A stretch of DNA of 64,000 nucleotides, from NCBI GenBank assembly GCA_963762145.1, contig CAVXJS010000011.1, positions 224,001 through 288,000 on the forward strand, given 5' to 3'. Source of the stretch: an uncultured Candidatus Rokubacteria bacterium. GTDB taxonomy: Bacteria > Methylomirabilota > Methylomirabilia > Rokubacteriales > CSP1-6. This document shows, one piece after another, positions 47,985-54,956 of this stretch (within the stretch, counting starts at the first letter, position 1; each line of letters opens with the position of its first letter). The position numbers and the translations under genes were made by a program. The notes beneath the pieces are model-generated. The model saw only the letters and a program-made list of their open reading frames with translations, did not search any database and was not told the origin of the DNA.

Positions 47985-49415
47985 CTAGAAGGGATGCGCC
48001 GGATGGGCGCCCAGGATGAACGAAGCCTGGAAGAGGATCTCGTCGACCTTCCGGGCGCTCCCGCCATTGTCCTGGAAGCCGATGTAGCTGCAGCACTCGG
48101 AGCGCTCGGTGTGCTTGTACCCGACCCGGAAGCGGAGGAACTCCGACGGCATGAAGGTCAGGTAGGGCTGCACCGCCCACTCGGTGCCGGGGTTCACGGG
48201 ATACTGGGTCCGATCGTAGCGGAATCCGAGCGCCCAGCGGCTGAGCGGGCCGAAGCGAAACGGTTGCGTCTCGCCGTAGACGTACCAGCCGTTCCGCTCC
48301 CGCGTCCGCTTCTGCTCGATTCCCGTCCCGGCGTCCGGGTCGGTGACGAGCGCCTGGCGGATGCTGTAGAGGTATTCGCCCGCCATGGTGAAGAGCGGGT
48401 GCGTCCAGCCTTCCGGCTGGTACTTGTACTTGGCGTCGAGCCCGATGATCTGGCTGTTCAGCCGATCGGGGGTCTGGCCGCTGGCGATCGAGGCGCCGAG
48501 CTGGACCGCGCCGAAGTCGCCGAGCTCGAAGAAGGTCCTGGCCCGCCCGGTGATCAGCGGATGCCTCAGGCTGCCCAGGCCGAACGCGTCCTCGTTGTCG
48601 CCGTTGAAGACGCCGCCGAGGACTTCCAGGAAGAAGGGCAGGGGCGCGACCCAGGTGGCCTCGAAGCCCTTATCGACCAGGCCTTCCGGCCCGAAGAACT
48701 GCTTGAGCACGTCGGGGCGATCGATGTAGGGCAGGTCGTGCTCGTGGAGCACGTTGGTGAGCCCGAAGCGGTTGCGCATCTGGCCCATCTTCATCTGGGT
48801 CCCGAACGGCAGTGTCATGAGCTCGAGGTAGGCCTCGCCCAGGTTCACCGAGATCTCCCCCGCCCGATCTTCCTCCCCCGCCTCGAACACCACGGCGGCC
48901 CGCGCGTACGGATCGATCTGCCCGAAGAGGCTGACCTCGACTTCTCGGGGGAAGAAGCGGTTCTCCAGCCCCGAGAAGGTGCCGCCCGCGTTCTTCTGGA
49001 CGTTCCGCTGGGTCAGGTTCCCGATGAAATCACCGGCCACGCCCATGTCGAACAGCATCTGCCCGGGCCCTCGTCGCCCGTAGAGGGAGAACGGCTCGCG
49101 CGGGCGGGCGAGATCCATCGGGGTGATCGTGACGCCGGGCGAGGCCTGGCTGAGCGCCGGCTCCGGTGCCGCGGCCGGAGCCGGCGCGGGCGCGGCCACC
49201 GCGGGGCTCGGGGGGGGCGGTGCGGGCCGCGATTCGATCGTCTTGAGCCGCTCGCTCAGCTGATTGATCGAGCGTTCGTAGCCCTCCTTCATCGCCTCGA
49301 ACTGCTTGCGCATCGCCTCCAGCTCTTTTCGCAGCGCTTCCGTTTCCTGAGCCCCGGCGAGACCCGGCAACAGCACGCCGGCGACGATCAGCCCGATGCC
49401 GACCAGTGAGCGCAT
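47985..49415 (-). CDS. Outer-membrane porin-like protein of the Zn-regulated type (coiled-coil N-terminus, C-terminal GAHPAHPF)
   Basis: Signal peptide, coiled coil, REVEVSL.G.IDPY, FG.TN.LHEHD, alternating beta-strand pattern and a His-rich C-terminus ending in F. Confidence 0.75.
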   Translation of the reverse strand: MRSLVGIGLIVAGVLLPGLAGAQETEALRKELEAMRKQFEAMKEGYERSINQLSERLKTIESRPAPPPPSPAVAAPAPAPAAAPEPALSQASPGVTITPMDLARPREPFSLYGRRGPGQMLFDMGVAGDFIGNLTQRNVQKNAGGTFSGLENRFFPREVEVSLFGQIDPYARAAVVFEAGEEDRAGEISVNLGEAYLELMTLPFGTQMKMGQMRNRFGLTNVLHEHDLPYIDRPDVLKQFFGPEGLVDKGFEATWVAPLPFFLEVLGGVFNGDNEDAFGLGSLRHPLITGRARTFFELGDFGAVQLGASIASGQTPDRLNSQIIGLDAKYKYQPEGWTHPLFTMAGEYLYSIRQALVTDPDAGTGIEQKRTRERNGWYVYGETQPFRFGPLSRWALGFRYDRTQYPVNPGTEWAVQPYLTFMPSEFLRFRVGYKHTERSECCSYIGFQDNGGSARKVDEILFQASFILGAHPAHPF

Positions 49416-49490
49416 GGACGCCTCCGTATGGGTGAATGAGTGGGCCTGCCCGCGGGATGCGATCCGCAGGGCGTGACGGAACGGAGGGGA
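49416..49490 (-). promoter_or_regulatory. SD-sequestering spacer 1 (anti-SD, hairpin, SD)
   Basis: mRNA CCUCCGU (49487-49481) is complementary to the SD ACGGAGG (49427-49421). An imperfect GC hairpin lies between them. Confidence 0.65.
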
Positions 49491-49811
49491 CTAGGCGAAG
49501 GGTGGGGCGCGGGAATCGGCGAGGGCGAACGCGGCCGCGGAGAGGCGTCCGCCCCCCGTTGCGAGTGTCGCGCCGGTGAGGAGCGCGATGAAGGCCGCCC
49601 AGCGGGCGTCGGGCAACGGCAGGTCGCCCAGCACCGAGTCGAGGCTCCGGAGGACGTGCTCCTCGTTGTAGAGTCCGGCGCTGCCCGCCTTGTGCAGATG
49701 GACCGGCGGGCTCGCCGCGAGCGGGATGGCCAGCGCGAGAAGCAGGATCGGCAGCGCGACCAAGGCGGCGCGGACCCCGCGATGCGCCGAGAGCCCCGGA
49801 CGGCCGATCAT
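49491..49811 (-). CDS. Putative metal-sensing RAPP arrest leader peptide 1
   Basis: Hydrophobic N-terminal segment, VHLHKAGSAGLYNEEHVL and C-terminal DSRAPPFA*. Paralog of 50300-50608. Confidence 0.7.
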   Translation of the reverse strand: MIGRPGLSAHRGVRAALVALPILLLALAIPLAASPPVHLHKAGSAGLYNEEHVLRSLDSVLGDLPLPDARWAAFIALLTGATLATGGGRLSAAAFALADSRAPPFA

Positions 49812-50215
49812 GGCCGCGCCATGCCCGTGCGCGGAGCGCCGACGCTTCGCAGTGAGACCGGATGCAGGGTGCCTGGATAGAGCCGGTCGTCACGCTCGAG
49901 GCGCAGGGCCCGGCGCTCGCCGGTGCCTTCGGGGACGAGCGTGCCTCGCCACGGGCCGGTGCCGTCGAACCGCAGGCGCCCGTCGCTGACCACGAGTATC
50001 CCGGTGGCGCGGACGAAGGGCGCGCTGACCTCGAAGGATCCATCCGCGCGGATATCGAAGTTGATCAGGCGGAAGCCTCGCTCCGTCACCAGCCACCCTT
50101 GCCACGTCCCGGTCAGGGCGGTCACGTCCTCGACGGACACGGAGACCGGGCCAGGACCGGATGCGCATCCCGCGAGCGCGGCGATGAGAACCGACGCAGT
50201 GACCAGTGATCGCAT
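49808..50215 (-). CDS. Hypothetical lipoprotein
   Basis: Lipobox LAGC, LTGTWQG beta-rich body and AGGAGG RBS. Confidence 0.7.
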   Translation of the reverse strand: MRSLVTASVLIAALAGCASGPGPVSVSVEDVTALTGTWQGWLVTERGFRLINFDIRADGSFEVSAPFVRATGILVVSDGRLRFDGTGPWRGTLVPEGTGERRALRLERDDRLYPGTLHPVSLRSVGAPRTGMARP

Positions 50216-50299
50216 GGACGCCTCCTGTGGTGAAGAACGCTCCGGTCGCCCGCACGGCGGAAGCCGGCGGGCGGTGACTACGACGACAGGGCGGGGAGG
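50216..50299 (-). promoter_or_regulatory. SD-sequestering spacer 2 (anti-SD, hairpin, SD)
   Basis: mRNA GCCUCC (50300-50295) pairs with GGAGGC (50225-50220). An 11-bp stem CGCCCGCCGGC-UUCC-GCCG(U)GCGGGCG lies at 50247-50273. Confidence 0.65.
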
Positions 50300-50608
50300 C
50301 TAGGCGAGGGGCGGAGCGCGAGACTCGGCGAGGCTGCCGAGCGGCACGTCGTGGGAGCGAACGAGCGCGGGCGCGCACGCGGCCGCCACGAGGGCGGCGA
50401 AGGCGGCCGGGGGCCCGTCGGGCAAGGGCACATCGCCGCCGAGGAACTCGAGGGCGGCGAGGACGTGCTCTTCGTTGTAGACGCCGGCGGTGGCCGAATC
50501 GTGAAGATGCCGCGGCAGGCTGGACTTCAACGGCAGCGCGATCGACACCAGCGCGATCAGCAGCGCGAAGGCGGCGATGCGGAGCGAGCCGGGTCGGCGG
50601 TGCGTCAT
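50300..50608 (-). CDS. Putative metal-sensing RAPP arrest leader peptide 2
   Basis: MTHRRPGSLRIAAFALLIALVSIALPL...RHLHDSATAGVYNEEHVL...ESRAPPLA* (3' part of ORF 50300..51100). Confidence 0.7.
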   Translation of the reverse strand: MTHRRPGSLRIAAFALLIALVSIALPLKSSLPRHLHDSATAGVYNEEHVLAALEFLGGDVPLPDGPPAAFAALVAAACAPALVRSHDVPLGSLAESRAPPLA

Positions 50609-50658
50609 GGGCTCGCCGGTACTATGGCACGCGTCCGCTCGACGGTGCAAGACGCCGG

Positions 50659-51132
50659 TCAGCGGCGAGAGCCCTCCTCGAAGTCCCCCGGGCGCACCTG
50701 ATCGAGCCAATCCTGCACCGCGGCGCCGTCCGGTGGATTCGACGCGGACCGCGCGTGGGCCAGGGCGGTGTCGTGCGCCATGATCGGCTTGCCGGCCCGC
50801 ACCGCCAGCGCGATGGCGTCGGCGGGATGGCAGGGGAGGATCATCTCGAGCCCGTCCCGCTCGAGGACGATGCCGGCCGAGATGCCGCGCTCGTCCCCCT
50901 CCAGGTGGGCGCGCCGCACCTCCGCCCGGAGGTGCCCGATGAGCTGCTCGGCCAGCTCGAAGATGGGCGTGCACGGGCACGAGGTCATCCCGAGGCAGCG
51001 GGCCAGGCGATTGGCCTCGTTCATCGGGACGTAGAACGCGAGCCACCGGTCGCGGCCCTCGACCTGGAGCATCACCATCGGCCGGCTGGTGTGGGGACAC
51101 GTGCTCACCTCGATCACCCGCATGGGCGTCAT
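50659..51132 (-). CDS. Bifunctional nuclease (DUF151/BFN) family protein, Cys-rich variant
   Basis: PMVMLQ...LAFYV...EA...HPADAIALAVRAGKPI. GAGGAGGG RBS. Confidence 0.75.
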   Translation of the reverse strand: MTPMRVIEVSTCPHTSRPMVMLQVEGRDRWLAFYVPMNEANRLARCLGMTSCPCTPIFELAEQLIGHLRAEVRRAHLEGDERGISAGIVLERDGLEMILPCHPADAIALAVRAGKPIMAHDTALAHARSASNPPDGAAVQDWLDQVRPGDFEEGSRR

Positions 51133-51162
51133 GGCGCCCTCCTCTCCGGCCCGATCTCGATG

Positions 51163-51200
51163 TAAGGGTTAGCTACGATGAGTCATTAGGTAACCCTAAT
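51163..51200. promoter_or_regulatory. Putative DtxR/SirR/MntR-family operator pair
   Basis: ATTAGG-TAAC-CCTAAT palindrome (51185-51200) plus a degenerate copy TAAGGGTTAGCTAC (51163-51176) in an AT-rich patch upstream of the metal operon. Confidence 0.65.
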
Positions 51201-51600
51201 CGGAGCTGCGAGTCAAGGGGAACCGACGCTTGAGCCAGCCGTCCAAGCCCTCCTGGAGGACCACGTGGTTCGTGTAGCCCTTCGCCTCGAGGAAGCTGTA
51301 GGCGGTCGCCGCCTCCTCGACCGGGCAGCGGCAGTAGAGCACCACCATGGGCTGGGTCGGGATCTCCGCGAAGCGGCGGTCGAGCTCGGCGAGGGGCACC
51401 GAGACCGCGCCCGGCACGTGGCCGCGCCGAAAGTCGCCCGGGCTGCGGAGGTCCACCACCACGACCGGCTGGCGCGAGTCGAGCAGCCACTTGAGGTAGT
51501 CGGGCTCGGTGAAGGCCACCGTCGGCACGCCGCCGTGGGCCGCGTGGGCGGCCCGCGCCAGCGCCATGACCACGGCCACGACCAGGAACGCGCCTCTCAC
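51196..51600 (-). CDS. Secreted rhodanese-like domain protein
   Basis: Signal peptide, VVDLR, GHVPGAVSVP, VVLYCRC and GLDGW. Confidence 0.85.
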   Translation of the reverse strand: MRGAFLVVAVVMALARAAHAAHGGVPTVAFTEPDYLKWLLDSRQPVVVVDLRSPGDFRRGHVPGAVSVPLAELDRRFAEIPTQPMVVLYCRCPVEEAATAYSFLEAKGYTNHVVLQEGLDGWLKRRFPLTRSSD

Positions 51601-51968
51601 GGCTGCTTCGCGAGGGCGGTGATCTCCACGTTGGGCGGTATCCCGGTGAGGGTGAACATCACCGCGTCGCCGATGTCGAGCCCCTCGTAGAGCTTGGGAT
51701 CGTGCACGCGAAAGCCCATGGTCATCGAGCCCATGTAGCCGGCCAGGTCCTCGTGCGTGAGCACCACCACGTTGAGCTCGGGCAGCACCGCGCGGACCAC
51801 CCCGCGCGCCTGCCAGGCGCGCCGGGTGCCCGCGGTGGCCTGCCCCGCTCGCGTCCGCTCGAGCTCCTGGCCGAGCCGCGTCGCCTCGCGGCCCCAGGCC
51901 AGGTAGCCGCAGAGCAGGCCCACGCCGAGCGCGAGATTGACCAGCAGGATGACGCGCCAGAGCCGCAT
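51597..51968 (-). CDS. CusF-like copper-binding OB-fold protein
   Basis: GVVRAV...LTHEDLAGYMGSMTMGF...L..GD.V.FTL. Confidence 0.82.
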   Translation of the reverse strand: MRLWRVILLVNLALGVGLLCGYLAWGREATRLGQELERTRAGQATAGTRRAWQARGVVRAVLPELNVVVLTHEDLAGYMGSMTMGFRVHDPKLYEGLDIGDAVMFTLTGIPPNVEITALAKQP

Positions 51969-51974
51969 GGCGCC

Positions 51975-53981
51975 CTAGTGTACGTGCTCGCCGGGAGGAG
52001 GACCCGTGGGGGTTTCCTTGTCGAGCAGCAGGATCTGGTCCAGCAGGACCTGGAGCGTCTCCCAGCCCTGGCCCGGCGCGCCCGGCAGCCAGCGGGCGCG
52101 CACGTAGCCTTGACGGTCGAGCAGGAACTCCATGTGCACCGGCGCCGCCGCGCGGGGGGCGAGGCCGCGGCCGAGCAGCGCGTAGGTGGCCGCGATCTCG
52201 GGGGCGCCGTCGGTGATGACGGGAAAGAGCAGGGGCGGCCGGCCGCCGAGCCGCCGGATGATGTGCCCGCCGTCATCCATCGGCACCGCGATGACCTCGG
52301 TGCCGGTGGCCTGCAGCGTGTTGTAGGCCTCGGCGAGCTGGACGAGCCGGGGCCGCGAGTCCGGCAGGGTGAAGAAGACGAGATGCACCATCCACCGGTC
52401 GCGCAGCTCCTTGAGGCTGCGCGGCGGAGTCGGTCCCACCGTGATGGTGAAGTCGGGCGCGACGAGCCATGGGCGATTGGGCTGGACCACCGCGGTCATC
52501 TGCCGCGCGCGCTCACCCGCGGCCAGGGCGCGGATGAAGTTGATCAGGTCCCACCGATCTTCCTCGCCGAGCGCCGCGCCGAACGCGGGCATGCCGCCCT
52601 GGGGAATGCCGTGGGTGAGCCACCAGAACATGTCGCCCGCGGTGTGGTCGGCGGCGTGCGGCGCGGTCAGGTCCGCGGGCGGCTTCGGCAGGCCGGCGCC
52701 GCCCGCGCCGTCTCCACGGCCGGTCACGCCGTGGCAGGTCGCGCAGTGCGCGCGGTAGAGCGTGGCGCCGCTCGCGATGGACACCGCCTGGTACGGCACC
52801 GACGAGCGCCGGTAGGTGGTGGGATAGGCGTCCACCGACACCGGCGGCAGCGCGACCCAGAGCCCCGCGACGAGCGCCACGCCGCCCGCTCCGCACAGGA
52901 GCACCCGCCACGAGCGCAGCAGCAGCCCGACGATCATCGCGAGCACGCCGACGAAGGCCACCTGCGCGCCGATGAGGAAGCGCGCGGGCCCGCCCGGCAC
53001 CTGGGCCGCCGCCTCCCAGGAGAAGCGGAGCGAGAAGGGCCAGCCGATCGCGTCGTGCACCGCGGGCGGCGACACGGACAGCGCGGTGGTGGCGAGCAGG
53101 ATCAGCAGCGCGAGCCCCGCCTCGCCGGCCACGAAGCGCCCGAGCCGCGCCATCGCGGGCCGGCCGACGGTGGCTCCGTCGCCGGACAGGCGCGGAAGGA
53201 GCCGCCGGTTGCCCCGGGCGAGGGCGAGGACGGGGAGCAGCAGCGAGAGCTTGGCGAGCAGGAGCCAGCCGTAGCGCGTGCCGAGCAGCGCGGGGACGCT
53301 GCCCACCTGGTACCAGGCATTGGCCAGGCCCGTGCCGACGACGAGCAGCATCAACGCGAGCGCCACGCGCGAGAAGCCGCGGACCGCGAGCACCGCGAAC
53401 GGCCGCGCGTCCGCGCCCGCTTCGACGGCGGCAGCCCGCAGCAGCGCGGCCAGCGGTAGCAGCGCGCCGAACCAGGCGCCGGCCGCGATCAGGTGGAGCG
53501 CGTCGAGGACCGCGGCGGCGAGCCCCTGCGGCTCGACCGCGGCCGCGTGGCCGGCCCACGCCATCGCGCCGGCGCCCAACGCGGCGAGCAGCCACGCCTC
53601 GCCGCGGAAGGCGAGCCGGTCCGCGGCGGTGTGCTCGCGCTCGCGCAGCAGCAGGAGCGCGGCCAGCAGCAGGAGCAGGCCGTGGCGCACCAGCCAGACG
53701 GTGCCGAACTGGCTCCGCGTCAGGAGCTGGGCCCACGCCACCGGCTCGAGCGCGGCGCCCGCGCGGCCGGTCACCACTGCGGTCTGGTAGGCGAGCGCGC
53801 CGAGGCCGGAGACCAGGAGCAGCCCGGCGAGCCCGCGGGCCCAGCGGAGCATGCGCGCCTCCCAGGCGAGCGCGGTCGGCCGATCGCTGCGCCCGGCCAG
53901 AAGCAGCGCGGTGACGAGGCCCACCAGGCCGAGGCCGCAGGCCAGGTGCAGCCATCGGACCGCGAGGCCGAAGGCGGTCAC
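51975..53981 (-). CDS. CopD copper-resistance membrane domain, cytochrome c and redoxin-like domain fusion
   Basis: WAGHAAA, LHLIAAGAWFG, TRYGWLLLAKL (CopD), CATCHG, HTAGDMFWWLTHGI, APDFT...FLLDRQGYVRARW and C-terminal EHVH. Confidence 0.85.
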   Translation of the reverse strand: MTAFGLAVRWLHLACGLGLVGLVTALLLAGRSDRPTALAWEARMLRWARGLAGLLLVSGLGALAYQTAVVTGRAGAALEPVAWAQLLTRSQFGTVWLVRHGLLLLLAALLLLREREHTAADRLAFRGEAWLLAALGAGAMAWAGHAAAVEPQGLAAAVLDALHLIAAGAWFGALLPLAALLRAAAVEAGADARPFAVLAVRGFSRVALALMLLVVGTGLANAWYQVGSVPALLGTRYGWLLLAKLSLLLPVLALARGNRRLLPRLSGDGATVGRPAMARLGRFVAGEAGLALLILLATTALSVSPPAVHDAIGWPFSLRFSWEAAAQVPGGPARFLIGAQVAFVGVLAMIVGLLLRSWRVLLCGAGGVALVAGLWVALPPVSVDAYPTTYRRSSVPYQAVSIASGATLYRAHCATCHGVTGRGDGAGGAGLPKPPADLTAPHAADHTAGDMFWWLTHGIPQGGMPAFGAALGEEDRWDLINFIRALAAGERARQMTAVVQPNRPWLVAPDFTITVGPTPPRSLKELRDRWMVHLVFFTLPDSRPRLVQLAEAYNTLQATGTEVIAVPMDDGGHIIRRLGGRPPLLFPVITDGAPEIAATYALLGRGLAPRAAAPVHMEFLLDRQGYVRARWLPGAPGQGWETLQVLLDQILLLDKETPTGPPPGEHVH

Positions 53982-54164
53982 TCTGACTTGCCGGCCGGCT
54001 TGCGGGTGAGCAGCATCACGATGACCACGATGAGCACGCCCGCGGCCAGCGCGAGCGCGCCCGCCAGGAGGCCGACCGTCAGCGGGCTCAGCCCCTCCGC
54101 GCGCAGCGGGCCGCCGTGGTCGGCCCACGCCGGGGTCGCGAGCGAGGAGGAGGAGGGCTCTCAT
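53978..54164 (-). CDS. Small secreted/membrane protein (frameshift in signal peptide)
   Basis: MRALLLL, then after a shift LATPAWADHGGPLRAEGLSPLTVGLLAGALALAAGVLIVVIVMLLTRKPAGKSE*. The stop overlaps the copD GTG. Confidence 0.5.
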
Positions 54165-54204
54165 GGGCGGCCTCATTATAATGAGTGCCGGAGACCCCGG
54201 TCCC

Positions 54205-54918
54205 ATGAACCGCCCCGGATCACCCGCGCGCGCCGCCGTCCGCGCCGTCATCTTCGACGCCGGCAACACGCTGCTGCGCATGAACTACGGCATCATCGCC
54301 GCGCACCTGGCCGCGCGCGGGCGTGCCGCCAGCCCGGAACAGGTGGAGGACGCGGAGCTGCGCGCGCGGGTGCGGCTCGATCCGCACCTGGCGCCCGGCG
54401 CCTCCACCGAGAGCACCGTCACGCACGGGCGCTACCTCCGCTACCTGCTGGAGAACCTGGCGATCACCGACGACGCGGAGATCGACGCGATCGCGCGCTG
54501 GCGGCGCGGCTACAACCTGCCGGTAGGCCTGTGGAACCGCGCCGATCCGCAGGCGCTCGCCGCGCTCCGCCGGGTGCGCGCCGCCGGGCTCGTGGCGGGC
54601 GTCATCTCGAACTCCAACGGGTCCGTGCGGTCCATCCTCGAGGAGACCGGGCTCGCCGCGCAGCTCGACTTCATCATCGACTCCGCGGTGGTGGGCGTGG
54701 AGAAGCCCGACCCGCGCATCTTCCACCTGGGGCTGCGCGAGGCCGGCGTCGCCGCGGCGGAGGCGGTCTACGTGGGCGATCTCTACTCGGTGGACGTCCT
54801 GGGCGCGCGGGCGGCCGGGCTCGACGGCATCCTGCTCGATCCGGGCGGCTTCTGGGCCCCGCGCGACTGCCGCCTGGCGCGCGGGCTCGAGGACGCGGTG
54901 CGCCTGGCGCTGGGGTAG
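54205..54918 (+). CDS. HAD-superfamily hydrolase
   Basis: FDAGNTL, ISN, KPDPRIF and YVGDLYSVDV. Confidence 0.9.
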   Translation: MNRPGSPARAAVRAVIFDAGNTLLRMNYGIIAAHLAARGRAASPEQVEDAELRARVRLDPHLAPGASTESTVTHGRYLRYLLENLAITDDAEIDAIARWRRGYNLPVGLWNRADPQALAALRRVRAAGLVAGVISNSNGSVRSILEETGLAAQLDFIIDSAVVGVEKPDPRIFHLGLREAGVAAAEAVYVGDLYSVDVLGARAAGLDGILLDPGGFWAPRDCRLARGLEDAVRLALG

Positions 54919-54919
54919 G

Positions 54920-54954
54920 CCCCTCACCCTGCCCTCTCCCCGGAGGGGAGAGGG
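54920..54954. repeat. Intergenic REP-like palindrome, family A copy 3 (opposite orientation)
   Basis: CCCCTCACCCTG-CCCTCTCCCC-GGA-GGGGAGAGGG between convergent genes. Confidence 0.85.
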
Positions 54955-54956
54955 GA

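Noticed and set aside
1540-54954. Palindromic repeats as a CRISPR array or intrinsic terminators
   Set aside because: The copies are isolated and tens of kb apart, with no spacers, no cas genes and no U-tracts.
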